From an uncultured Rhodobacteraceae bacterium (GTDB lineage: Bacteria > Pseudomonadota > Alphaproteobacteria > Rhodobacterales > Rhodobacteraceae), in NCBI GenBank assembly GCA_913061275.1, contig CAJXSR010000007.1, forward strand, positions 29,410 through 93,409: 64,000 nucleotides of DNA, given 5' to 3'. Below are positions 1-9,855 of the stretch, one piece after another. The position numbers and the translations under genes are program-made. Position 1 is the first letter of the stretch. Every line of letters starts with the position of its first letter. The notes below the pieces were generated by a model, which did not search any database, was not told where the DNA came from, and saw only the letters and a program-made list of their open reading frames with translations.

Positions 1-952
1 TGCTGGCAGTATATTCCCCAAAAATACGCCCGCCTGTCGGGTTTAGCCGAAACGAAATAGCGGGGCGGTTGTTTTGGTCAAAGGAAGGTTGTGCATCAAC
101 CAAATGGTCGCCTGTAATCGTGGCTTGTTTTTCCAATATATAATACAACTCTTGCTGTTCGGCATCAGGCAACAATATTTGTCGGCTGGTTATACGCGCG
201 TCAACATCTGCCGTACGGCCTAAAACTGGATGAAACGTTAGCTTTGCGGTCTTACCGATCAGCTCTTTTAATTCTTCTGCAGAACCGATGCCGGGGACTT
301 GTATCAAAATACGCCGATCACCTTGCCGTTGAATTGTTGGCTCGCGTGTGCCTGCCTCATCCACACGGCGGCGGATTACTTCTAGTGATTGCGCCATTGT
401 GCGCTGGTCAGTTGCTAGGCGTTCCGCTTCTGACAGACGAATAACAACATCCGCACCTTCAAAGCTCACATCAATGTCTGTCGCCCCTGCCCCAGACAAG
501 GTTTGTACGGGACGGGCTAATGTACTTACAGTCGTAACCGCATGTGCCATTGCCTCTGGTTTTGAAATGCGCACACGCAATTCAGTGTCATTATCAAAAT
601 TACGGCGAATCGTCCCGATAACTTCACGTTCTGCACGCAGCGCGGTTTTCACTTCTGGCCAGTAACTGGCAATACGTTCGGCATAAACATCTTCAACCTG
701 AACTTCGGCCAAAAGATGCGCACCACCACGCAAATCCAGCCCAAGGTTCACGATCGCAGACGGCATCCACAGTGGCCATTGTTCTGCTTGTGCGGTTAAT
801 TCAGGTGTTGTTGGCACCCCTGACGCCAAAATCGCCTTTGCATCATTTGACTGTTCCACACGGTTGTAAAACCCGTTTGGCACAGCCATCAAAACACCAA
901 GGATACAAACCGCCCATATCATGAACGTCTTAAAGAAAGAAAACTGGAGCAT
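1..952 (-). CDS. secD: Protein translocase subunit SecD, N-terminal part (gene runs off window start)
   Basis: Own minus-strand translation from CAT at 950-952: MLQFSFFKTFMIWAVCILGVLMAVPNGFY...LDLRGGAHLLAEV...TREPTIQRQGDRRILIQVPG. Lies directly downstream of yajC, as in yajC-secDF operons. Confidence 0.85.
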   Translation of the reverse strand, partial: MLQFSFFKTFMIWAVCILGVLMAVPNGFYNRVEQSNDAKAILASGVPTTPELTAQAEQWPLWMPSAIVNLGLDLRGGAHLLAEVQVEDVYAERIASYWPEVKTALRAEREVIGTIRRNFDNDTELRVRISKPEAMAHAVTTVSTLARPVQTLSGAGATDIDVSFEGADVVIRLSEAERLATDQRTMAQSLEVIRRRVDEAGTREPTIQRQGDRRILIQVPGIGSAEELKELIGKTAKLTFHPVLGRTADVDARITSRQILLPDAEQQELYYILEKQATITGDHLVDAQPSFDQNNRPAISFRLNPTGGRIFGEYTAS

Positions 953-971
953 CAGAGCGCCTTTTAAAATA

Positions 972-1292
972 CTATTTTTTTGCTGGTTCAGTCTTATTCA
1001 AAACTGTTTGAATTGTATTCTGAATTACTTTCACTTTTACGCCAGTTGCAATTTCTACTTCAACTTCGTTTTCAGTGCCAACTTTGGTAACTTTACCCAT
1101 CAATCCACCAGCAGTAACAACATGGTCGCCTTTACGCAAAGCATCAACCATAGCGCGGTGTTCTTTCATTTTCTTTTGTTGTGGACGGATCATCAAGAAG
1201 TACATGATCGCAAAGATCAGGATCAATGGGATAAAACTTGTGATACCGGCGGCACCGCCTGCGGCTTGGGCATAAGCTGGTGTTGCAAACAT
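972..1292 (-). CDS. yajC: Preprotein translocase subunit YajC
   Basis: 106 aa with a single TM and a typical YajC core (FLMIRPQQKKMKEHRAMVDALRKGDHVVTAGGLMGKV). Confidence 0.93.
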   Translation of the reverse strand: MFATPAYAQAAGGAAGITSFIPLILIFAIMYFLMIRPQQKKMKEHRAMVDALRKGDHVVTAGGLMGKVTKVGTENEVEVEIATGVKVKVIQNTIQTVLNKTEPAKK

Positions 1293-1441
1293 AAAACTGT
1301 CCTTTTGTCATTTCGGCAGAATGGCCTGCCTATTTCAATCGAGCAGACACTATCTTTTACATTTGGGGATGACAAGCCGCCTTAGCACTTGGAAATATCA
1401 AATTTTTGAGCAATACATACTATATATTGCAGGGGCTACGC

Positions 1442-2833
1442 GTGATACTACAGATTATACCTTTCGACCACGGTCTGTTTTGGGCGATTTTAATCGCTGT
1501 GGTCAGTATTGCATTAGTTTGGGCATTGCGCCCGATATTAAAGCGAATCTTGCAACAGTTCGGAATGTCATCAGATCGACTGTATCTGAACGCCCTTATT
1601 TTGATCACTGTTATCCTAAGCCCGTTCTGGCTGTTGCTTTTTGTTTACACACTACAGGCGACATTCGGCATTATCCTAAGCAGCACCCCACCCCAAGAAA
1701 GCAGTCTTTTGCTAACACATTACGGTGCATTATCCGCTTTAATCATCACCTTGGGTGCCCTAACCGCCGCCCCGCTATTGTTGGTTAAATCCTTTATCAA
1801 TGAACGCCAAACAGCAAATGCCGAGACCCACCGCATATCAGAAGAGTACAGGCATATCACCGATCGCTTTACCAATGCGGTAAATCAGTTGGGGGCGCAA
1901 AGAACCGTTCATAAACGAGCGTCGCAGCCGCAGTATCAAATAGATCAAGATGGAAATTACATACCCGACCCAGAAGGCAAAACCGTTGCCAAATGGGATA
2001 GTTGGACGGAAACCGAGCCAAATTTAGAAATCCGCTTTGGCGGTTTGTTTGCACTGGAACGCATTAGTCAAATAAGCGACCGCGAACATGTGGCAGTGAT
2101 GGAAACACTTTGCGCCTATATTCGCGAGAACGCCAAATCACGGCTAGAGGCTGATGCGACACACGATATGCCAGCACAATATTCTAGCCCGCGTGCTGAC
2201 ATACAAATGGCGGTAAAAATCTTGGGCAGACGTGGCCAAGAGCGCATTGAATTAGAAGCCCAGCGCGAACCAGCATATCGGCTTGATTTGCGCGGATCAG
2301 ACTTGGCTGTCGTAGATTTTTCAGGCGGAAAGTTTGGGCCTGTATTGTTTGAAAGGGCGAATTTGCAAGGGGCATGGCTGGATAATACATCCTTTAAAGG
2401 TGCGGATTTTTCATCAGCAAATATGACCGAGTGCTGGTTAGAAGAAGCGGTTCTAATTAAGGCACGTTTCGACGAAACCATTCTGAACGGGGCTTGGATG
2501 GTTGGCGCAAATTTAAATGGTGCCGCATTGGTTGGAGCTGAGCTGCACAAAGCTAAAATGCGCAACGCAAACCTACAAGGTGCGGAATTGGACAGTGCTA
2601 AACTGGATGATACCGATGTTTCAGATGCAAATATGCAACTTGTCTGGTTACGTGGTGTGGACTGTGCGGGTTTTAATAATTTAGAACAAGATCAATTAGA
2701 TAGCGCATTTGGCGATGCAACCACAAAGGTCCCAAAGGGCTATACCCGCCCCCTTTGGCCCCGCCAACAAAGCACATACATGGAAAGTTTTGAAATGTGG
2801 GTAGACGCCAAAAAGCAGAAAAGCCTATCTTAA
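1442..2833 (+). CDS. Membrane-anchored pentapeptide-repeat protein (paralog 1)
   Basis: N-terminal hydrophobic helices, central LEIRFGGLFALERIS...METLCAYIREN...PRADIQMAVKILGRR motif, then a long run of A(D/N)LxX pentapeptides (ANLQGAWLDNTSFKGADFSSANMTE...). The track ORF starts at TTG 1406; GTG 1442 has an AGGGG Shine-Dalgarno, so the start is uncertain. Confidence 0.8.
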   Translation: MILQIIPFDHGLFWAILIAVVSIALVWALRPILKRILQQFGMSSDRLYLNALILITVILSPFWLLLFVYTLQATFGIILSSTPPQESSLLLTHYGALSALIITLGALTAAPLLLVKSFINERQTANAETHRISEEYRHITDRFTNAVNQLGAQRTVHKRASQPQYQIDQDGNYIPDPEGKTVAKWDSWTETEPNLEIRFGGLFALERISQISDREHVAVMETLCAYIRENAKSRLEADATHDMPAQYSSPRADIQMAVKILGRRGQERIELEAQREPAYRLDLRGSDLAVVDFSGGKFGPVLFERANLQGAWLDNTSFKGADFSSANMTECWLEEAVLIKARFDETILNGAWMVGANLNGAALVGAELHKAKMRNANLQGAELDSAKLDDTDVSDANMQLVWLRGVDCAGFNNLEQDQLDSAFGDATTKVPKGYTRPLWPRQQSTYMESFEMWVDAKKQKSLS

Positions 2834-2869
2834 GGTTAATATAGTACAGTTTAATCCTGTGAGGGAAGT

Positions 2870-4201
2870 ATGTTTGATGTAGTGGAAAGCGCGTTCCAGC
2901 TTCCAAAATGGTTACCTGCAAATATGGTACCTTGGTTGCTGCTTGTGACCGTTTTATTTTTGTTTTCGTTTTTACGTTCGCGCCTTTGGCAAAGCATAAA
3001 GCGCCAGTTTGCGATGCTAAACGCGATCCATCAACCCGCATTAAAATGGCTTGCGTGGCTGTCGTTGTTATTAGCGCCACTTTGGGCAGGTATTATCGTC
3101 CTTGTACTGTATAGCCTATGGCTACTTTCCACCTCATTTTCAGATGCGGCGGCACTAGGCGAATTGCGCCAACATGTTATGCTTTTGTTGGGGCTTACGG
3201 CTACATTCATTGCCTTACTTGCCGCCCCTTTTATCATTTTCTCTATCTTCATGGCCGAACGGCGCACCCGCGCTACGGAAGAAAGCTATATCACTGGGCG
3301 CATATCGGATGCGGTCACACAGCTAGGAATGGAACGCACCGTTTGGGAAGACGGGCTGCAAAACACCCAACCCAATTTAGAAGTGCGCTTAGGGGCTATT
3401 TACACGCTTGAACGGGTCGCTATCGAGTCTAAGCGCGATCATATTGCGATCATGGAAACAATCTGCGCCTATATTCGGGAAAATACCCGTGTACCGCGCT
3501 TTGACGAAGATGCCAGCAAAGAGGCTTGGGCTAAGATTGCCAAGAAAGAAAAGAAGGAAATCTGGGATTTAACCAAAGATGAACGCGCGTCGGTTGCAGC
3601 TTTACTGCCACCGCGCGCTGACATTCAGGCAGCTTTAACAATTCTTGGCAGACGCGACGAACGTGCGCCAGGCCGATTAGATTTTGAAACCGCCAATAAT
3701 TTCGTTCTTGATCTGCGTGGCAGCAATCTTGCACATGCCGATCTGAACAATGCAAATTTCGGGGCTGTATTACTGGATGATGCAAACCTGCAAGGTGCCT
3801 CACTTTCTGTGGCAAAACTAAAAGGTGCAAGCCTGAACCATGTTAATCTGCAAGAAGCGGATTTGTTTAAAGTTAACTTAAGTGACGCGTCATTGAATGG
3901 CGCCCAAATGCAGCGCAGTTGGCTGGATTGGGCTAACTTTCAGGGTGCCCGCATGGTTATGGCGCGGTTCCAAGAAGCCAATTTTTCAGCCACCGAAATG
4001 CTTTATGCAGGCGTGAAGGCTGCCGATTTCACGGGTGTTACCCATCTGTCTAAAGGGCAGTTGGATGTGATGATCGGGGATGGTTCCACGATCTTGCCCG
4101 CAGGAATGCCACACCCATCTGTAGATAACTGGTCAAAAAAAGAACTGTCATCGGAAGCCTTCCTAAGCTTCTGGCAGTCAACCAAGAACAAGCTGGTTTA
4201 A
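2870..4201 (+). CDS. Membrane-anchored pentapeptide-repeat protein (paralog 2)
   Basis: Same architecture as the upstream gene (LEVRLGAIYTLERVA...METICAYIREN...PRADIQAALTILGRR plus pentapeptide repeats). ATG is preceded by GAGGGAAG. Confidence 0.85.
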   Translation: MFDVVESAFQLPKWLPANMVPWLLLVTVLFLFSFLRSRLWQSIKRQFAMLNAIHQPALKWLAWLSLLLAPLWAGIIVLVLYSLWLLSTSFSDAAALGELRQHVMLLLGLTATFIALLAAPFIIFSIFMAERRTRATEESYITGRISDAVTQLGMERTVWEDGLQNTQPNLEVRLGAIYTLERVAIESKRDHIAIMETICAYIRENTRVPRFDEDASKEAWAKIAKKEKKEIWDLTKDERASVAALLPPRADIQAALTILGRRDERAPGRLDFETANNFVLDLRGSNLAHADLNNANFGAVLLDDANLQGASLSVAKLKGASLNHVNLQEADLFKVNLSDASLNGAQMQRSWLDWANFQGARMVMARFQEANFSATEMLYAGVKAADFTGVTHLSKGQLDVMIGDGSTILPAGMPHPSVDNWSKKELSSEAFLSFWQSTKNKLV

Positions 4202-4265
4202 TCTGACCAGAATTTGGCTATAACCCCAATAATAACTCCGAATCTAAACTTGTTCAGGTAACCCC

Positions 4266-5558
4266 ATGCACGATATACGCACCATCCGCGAAAACCCCGA
4301 AGCCTTTGATGCAGCGCTCGCCATGCGCAATGCGGCCCCGATGTCGGCCGAAATTCTTGCTTTGGATGAAGGTCGTCGCGCAAAAATTACCAAGGCCGAA
4401 CAAGCCCTTGCAGAACGCAATGCCGCATCAAAAGAAATCGGTCGTGCCAAAGCCCAAGGATTAGACGATGAATTTGAACGCCTGCGTCTGCTGGTTGCTG
4501 ATAAAAAGGCAGAAATTGCCACTTTGGACGCAGAGGCAAAAGCGGAAAATGACAAGTTGCAAAACCTGTTACTAACGCTGCCAAACAGCCCTTATGACAA
4601 TATTCCTTTGGGCAAAGACGAAGCAGATAACGTGGAAATACACCGCTGGGGCATGCCTTTGTCCTTACATTTCAGCCCGAAAGAGCATTTTGAAATACCT
4701 GCGGTTCAGGCCAACATGGATTTTGAAACCGCTGCAAAAATCAGCGGCTCACGATTTGTAATCCTGTCAGGGGCCATTGCCCGCGTTCACCGCGCACTTG
4801 CACAGTTTATGCTCGATACACACGTTAACGAAAACAACCTAACGGAAGTTAATGGCCCTGTTCTAGTACGTGATGAAGCCATGCTGGGAACTGGCCAGTT
4901 ACCAAAATTTGCCGAAGACAGTTACCAGACAACTAACGGCTGGTGGTTGGTGCCAACTTCGGAAGTGACACTAACCAATATTGTAGCCGACGATATCAGT
5001 AATGACAGTGATCTACCGCGCCGCTTTGTATCACATTCATTATGTTTTCGGTCTGAAGCAGGTTCTGCTGGGCGTGATACATCTGGCATGCTGCGCCAAC
5101 ATCAATTTGAAAAAGTTGAAATGGTCAGCATAACCCGTCCCGAAGACAGCCGCGATGAATTGGATCGCATGACCAAATGTGCGCAAGGCATTCTGGAACG
5201 CCTGAACCTGCCTTACCGCACCGTGGTGTTGTGTACGGGTGATATGGGTTTTGGTGCGCGACGCACCCATGACATTGAAGTTTGGTTACCGGGCCAAGAT
5301 ACCTACCGTGAGATTTCCAGTTGTTCTGTTTGTGGTGATTTTCAAGCACGCCGCATGAATGCACGTTTCCGCCGTGCTGGCGAAAAGAAACCAGAATTTG
5401 TGCATACTTTAAACGGTTCAGGCTTAGCAGTTGGGCGTTGCCTGATCGCGGTATTGGAAAATGGCCAGCAATCAGATGGTTCAGTGCAACTGCCAGAGGT
5501 TTTACATGCATATCTGGGTGGCAACACACAGATCACAGCCGATGGTGTGTTAGCCTAA
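4266..5558 (+). CDS. serS: Seryl-tRNA synthetase
   Basis: 430 aa with an N-terminal coiled-coil arm and class II core motifs ([36 protein letters not shown]). Confidence 0.96.
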   Translation: MHDIRTIRENPEAFDAALAMRNAAPMSAEILALDEGRRAKITKAEQALAERNAASKEIGRAKAQGLDDEFERLRLLVADKKAEIATLDAEAKAENDKLQNLLLTLPNSPYDNIPLGKDEADNVEIHRWGMPLSLHFSPKEHFEIPAVQANMDFETAAKISGSRFVILSGAIARVHRALAQFMLDTHVNENNLTEVNGPVLVRDEAMLGTGQLPKFAEDSYQTTNGWWLVPTSEVTLTNIVADDISNDSDLPRRFVSHSLCFRSEAGSAGRDTSGMLRQHQFEKVEMVSITRPEDSRDELDRMTKCAQGILERLNLPYRTVVLCTGDMGFGARRTHDIEVWLPGQDTYREISSCSVCGDFQARRMNARFRRAGEKKPEFVHTLNGSGLAVGRCLIAVLENGQQSDGSVQLPEVLHAYLGGNTQITADGVLA

Positions 5559-5649
5559 GGTCTATTACTTGCTTTTGAAGCCTGAAGTGCTAGCCTAGCC
5601 ATATGGAATCGTAGGTTTAAACAAACGCGCATTATTTGGGAATAATTGT

Positions 5650-6132
5650 ATGAAATACACGCTTTGCATCGCTATATTGGCAACTATATCCTTATCAGCA
5701 TGCGCTACTGTCATACGTGGAAATAATGAAACTGTTAGCTTTACTTCCAGCCCACAAGGGGCAGCCGTTTCAACATCTACGGGTGTTCGATGCACAACAC
5801 CTTGTGATGCAAAAGTCAGACGCAAACACGATTTTGACGCTAAATTTATCCTAAACGGTGAAGCAAGAACCGTAAATGTTGATGCAAAAACCACTGTTCC
5901 AGTAGCTGCGGGTGCTGTTGTGGCTAATGCCGTCTTGGGCGGCATCATTGGGCTAGGTGTAGATATTGGCACTGGGGCACTTAAAAGCCACGCACCAAAC
6001 CCAGTTCATGCTGATTTTGATGGTCGCAGTGGAACGCAGGCATCCCAAACCTATGCCGCACCATCCACAGCCTATGCATCAGTATGTGGAAAAGACAGCC
6101 CACCCTTAGTTGGCGGCACCAGCTACTGCTGA
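5650..6132 (+). CDS. Hypothetical lipoprotein
   Basis: Signal peptide with lipobox (ISLSAC). No recognisable catalytic motif. Confidence 0.6.
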   Translation: MKYTLCIAILATISLSACATVIRGNNETVSFTSSPQGAAVSTSTGVRCTTPCDAKVRRKHDFDAKFILNGEARTVNVDAKTTVPVAAGAVVANAVLGGIIGLGVDIGTGALKSHAPNPVHADFDGRSGTQASQTYAAPSTAYASVCGKDSPPLVGGTSYC

Positions 6133-6233
6133 TAAATGACTGCTACAAACTAAACCAAATTCCAGCCATCCCCCTTTCCACTTATCCCCTGATAGTGTAG
6201 CCAATCTGTAAACTAAAATCAGGTAAAACAGAT

Positions 6234-7016
6234 ATGCGCATACTTATTACAAACGACGACGGAATTCGGGCCCCTGGCCTTGAAGTTATGCTGGAGATAG
6301 CGATGCAAATCGCTGGGCAAGACGGTGAAGTTTGGACGGTTGCCCCCGAAATGGAGCAATCAGGTGTTGGCCATGCAATTTCATTCGTTAGTCCAATGCG
6401 GGTATTTCGCAATTCTGAACGTGTGGTAGCGGTTGATGGCACGCCTGCGGATTGTGTGATGGCAGGTATAAGTGAAATTATGGGTGAAAAACCCGATCTT
6501 ATATTATCTGGCATTAACCGAGGTAATAATGCTGCACAAAACACGCTTTACTCAGGCACAATCGGTGCTGCAATAGAGGGCGCGTTACACGGCATTAAAT
6601 CCATTGCTTTGTCGCAATTTTTTGGCCCTGATAACCGTGATTTAGACGACCCGTTTGAAGTTGCACGTGCAAAAGGGGTAGAGGTTGTTCAGGCTATTCT
6701 TGATGCAGATGCATGGGGTAAAGCCCCATACGGCCTGTTTTATAATGTAAATTTCCCACCCGTTCCCACATCACAATGCAAAAACATTAAGGCAGTGGCA
6801 CAAGGTTTTCGGGCAAATACCAACTTTCACACCGTTGCTGAAACCAGCCCCAGCGGACGGCCGTACTTATGGGTATCAACTGGGCCACAACATATTTCCA
6901 CTTTGCCAGGCACAGATGTACATGCCAACTTAGACGGCTATATTTCGGTTACACCCATGCACGCCGATTTCACCTGCCACGAAAGCTTGGCCGCATTAGA
7001 AGGGGCATTTAAATAA
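6234..7016 (+). CDS. surE: 5'/3'-nucleotidase SurE
   Basis: [17 protein letters not shown]-terminus, typical of SurE. Sits in a surE-pcm-nlpD context. Confidence 0.95.
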   Translation: MRILITNDDGIRAPGLEVMLEIAMQIAGQDGEVWTVAPEMEQSGVGHAISFVSPMRVFRNSERVVAVDGTPADCVMAGISEIMGEKPDLILSGINRGNNAAQNTLYSGTIGAAIEGALHGIKSIALSQFFGPDNRDLDDPFEVARAKGVEVVQAILDADAWGKAPYGLFYNVNFPPVPTSQCKNIKAVAQGFRANTNFHTVAETSPSGRPYLWVSTGPQHISTLPGTDVHANLDGYISVTPMHADFTCHESLAALEGAFK

Positions 7017-7660
7017 TGCTCAGCCCCGAAGCACAAATGCAGTTTTTGCTGATGCTTCGCAACAGGGGCGTTCCAGATCATGTACTACAAGCAATGGAAA
7101 AAGTGCCCAGAAACATGTTTGTTGAGGGCCACTTCCAAACCCATGCGCTTGACGATATGGCCTTACCGATTGATGCGGGCCAAACCATTAGCCAACCAAG
7201 TGTGGTCGCTAAAATGACCGAGGCGCTTGAAGTAGGCTCAAGACACAAGGTTTTGGAAATTGGCACTGGTTCTGGCTATCAGGCAGCGATTTTATCGCAT
7301 CTTGCCAGACGGGTATATTCACTGGAACGTCACCGCAAACTTTCAATCAAAGCCCGCGCCAGAATTGACGCGTTGAACCTGCGTAATGTTATCATCACAA
7401 CGGGTGATGGCAGCTTGGGCATGCCCGATCAATCCCCCTTTGATCGCATCCTTTTGACTGCGGCCGCAGAAGACCCGCCAGCAAACCTCTTGGAACAATT
7501 ACGAATGGGGGGTATTATGGTGTTACCGGTTGGGCAATCAGATGCCGTCCAAAGCCTGATAAAGATTGAAAAAACTGAAAAAGGGCTTAATTACACAGAA
7601 CTGGGCGAGGTGCGGTTTGTACCGCTTGTCGCAGGAATAGCAAAAAATGACGGGGGTTAA
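7016..7660 (+). CDS. pcm: Protein-L-isoaspartate O-methyltransferase
   Basis: SAM motif [13 protein letters not shown] and ISQPSVVA motif. TAATG overlap with surE. Confidence 0.95.
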   Translation: MLSPEAQMQFLLMLRNRGVPDHVLQAMEKVPRNMFVEGHFQTHALDDMALPIDAGQTISQPSVVAKMTEALEVGSRHKVLEIGTGSGYQAAILSHLARRVYSLERHRKLSIKARARIDALNLRNVIITTGDGSLGMPDQSPFDRILLTAAAEDPPANLLEQLRMGGIMVLPVGQSDAVQSLIKIEKTEKGLNYTELGEVRFVPLVAGIAKNDGG

Positions 7661-7683
7661 TCCCGCAACGCAGGAACAGTATA

Positions 7684-8790
7684 ATGGCATTAAAAACAAT
7701 ACGGTATACCCTAAAATCGCTCGTGCTAATGAGCAGTGCAATCGCATTGACGGCGTGTAATGATTTTTCGATCAGTGATCTGAACACGCGTATTAATCCT
7801 ACACCCAACCAAAACACCAGCGCCCAAACACCCAGACCTAAACCTGACAGTCGTGGTGTTATCACGTACCCAAATTATCAGGTAATTGTTGCAAAACGTA
7901 ATGATACCATGGCCGATATTGCTGGTCGCGTTGGCATGAGTGCAGCCGAACTTGCCAGCCATAACGGCCTGCCGGAAACATATATTGCCCGAAAAGACGA
8001 GGTTTTGGCCTTGCCTGCCAGCATCATCATTCCCACAGAAGATCCCCAAGATGGCAGCTCTATCGAAGCCATTGCAACGGCCGCGATTGACCGCGCAGGC
8101 CCGACCCCCATTCAAAAAGGCACCATCGCGGGGCCAGAACCAATTCGCCATGTCGTTGAACAAGGTGAAACTGCCTACTCAATCGCACGATTATACGATG
8201 TTTCAGTCACAGCCCTTGCATCGTGGAACGGGCTTGATCGCAATCTGTCTGTGCGAACAGGGCAACAACTTTTGATCCCTGTAGCAGAGGATGGCAGCAT
8301 ACAAACTGCGCCACTTGAGACTAACGGCCAAACACCTGTGCCACCAAGTGCCAAAACACCGCTGCCTGCATCGGTTGAAACCGCCAAGCTGCCCGAAAGC
8401 CCGAATCTTTCGTCTGACCGCACCCCTGCGGGGGCATCTGGTAAATTGCTGCGCCCCGTAAACGGCAAAGTCATACGGGGGTATTCGCGCAAAAAAGGCG
8501 GGAATGAGGGTTTGGATATTGCCGCAAGTGCTGGCACATCCGTAAAAGCCGCTGAAAGTGGTGAGGTCGCATTAATCTCAAAATCCAGCAGCCAAAATAC
8601 CATTGTCTTAATTCGCCACCCAGATAACCTTTATACGGTGTATTCTAATGTTTCGAATGTTGCTGTGAAAAAAGGTCAAAAGGTCAAGCGCGGGCAGACC
8701 ATTGCCAAAGTCGCACAAGGTGACCCAGCATTTGTTCATTTTGAAATCCGTCGTGGCACCGAAAGCGTTGATCCTGCACCGTATTTATAA
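7684..8790 (+). CDS. nlpD: LysM domain / M23 peptidase lipoprotein (NlpD-like)
   Basis: Lipobox LTAC, two LysM-like segments, and a C-terminal M23 domain (GLDIAASAGTSVKAAESG...VHFEIRRG). Confidence 0.88.
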   Translation: MALKTIRYTLKSLVLMSSAIALTACNDFSISDLNTRINPTPNQNTSAQTPRPKPDSRGVITYPNYQVIVAKRNDTMADIAGRVGMSAAELASHNGLPETYIARKDEVLALPASIIIPTEDPQDGSSIEAIATAAIDRAGPTPIQKGTIAGPEPIRHVVEQGETAYSIARLYDVSVTALASWNGLDRNLSVRTGQQLLIPVAEDGSIQTAPLETNGQTPVPPSAKTPLPASVETAKLPESPNLSSDRTPAGASGKLLRPVNGKVIRGYSRKKGGNEGLDIAASAGTSVKAAESGEVALISKSSSQNTIVLIRHPDNLYTVYSNVSNVAVKKGQKVKRGQTIAKVAQGDPAFVHFEIRRGTESVDPAPYL

Positions 8791-8912
8791 AGTCGTAAGC
8801 AGGAGGGCTTAGACCCGCCAAACTTTCCACTTGCACAACAGAACGATTTCGGCTTCTCATGCGATCTGGCTTTTTGCCAAGATATGCGCCCCACCCCTTT
8901 TGAAAGACTGAC

Positions 8913-9794
8913 ATGAATAATCGTAATGGCATTTTGCTGGTGATCGCCTCTATGGCGGGGTTCACGCTTGAAGACATGTTCATCAAGCAACTTTCAACTA
9001 CCATAACTATAGGCCAGATTTTAATAACACTTGGTGCGTGCGGCGCGTTGATTTTTGCCACTATGGCACACCTAAAAGGCCATAGCGTGTTTGCGCCCCA
9101 CGTCTGGACACGCGCAACCGTTGCGCGCGCGGCAACAGAAGCCGTGGCCGCGATTGCGTTTCTTACGTCACTTTCACTTGTCCCTATTTCAACCGTTGCC
9201 GCCGTATTTCAGGCCACGCCACTGGCCATAACAATGGGTGCAGCACTGTTTTTGGGCGAAACCGTCGGCTGGCGCCGTTGGAGTGCTATTATAGTGGGTT
9301 TTATGGGCGTACTTCTAATTATCAGGCCAGGTTACAGCGGATTTGATCCTGCGATAATCTTTGTACTAATCGCAGTCATAGGTGTTGCAGCCCGCGATCT
9401 TATTACCCGCCTAATTGCTGATAATGTGCCCTCTACTATCGTGTCATTTCAAGGCTTTGCATCTGTATTCTTTGCAGGGAGCACACTGTTGCTAATAAGG
9501 GAAGACAGTTTAGTTTCTGTCACAAAACTGGAAGCATCTTACCTTGCAGGTGCGGTTGTTTTTGGTGTTGCTGGGTATTACGCAATCGTAGCCGCCATGC
9601 GTATTGGTGACGCATCAGCGATCACCCCGTTTCGCTATACCCGCCTGTTATTTTCGCTTATCGTAGGCATGGTAGTTTTCAATGAACGCCCTGATGCGCC
9701 GACCTTAATTGGGGCATCCATTATCATTGGAACAGGGTTATATATGTTCTTACGCGAACACCGCGTAGCGCAAGCCGATGAATTACGGGTGTAA
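8913..9794 (+). CDS. DMT (EamA-like) family transporter
   Basis: 293 aa, about 10 hydrophobic helices, duplicated EamA-like organisation. Confidence 0.8.
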   Translation: MNNRNGILLVIASMAGFTLEDMFIKQLSTTITIGQILITLGACGALIFATMAHLKGHSVFAPHVWTRATVARAATEAVAAIAFLTSLSLVPISTVAAVFQATPLAITMGAALFLGETVGWRRWSAIIVGFMGVLLIIRPGYSGFDPAIIFVLIAVIGVAARDLITRLIADNVPSTIVSFQGFASVFFAGSTLLLIREDSLVSVTKLEASYLAGAVVFGVAGYYAIVAAMRIGDASAITPFRYTRLLFSLIVGMVVFNERPDAPTLIGASIIIGTGLYMFLREHRVAQADELRV

Positions 9795-9855
9795 GGATAG
9801 GTTTTTGCCCTAACCGCCCCTTGCATCCCCTCGCCATACCCTTGATATTCACCTT

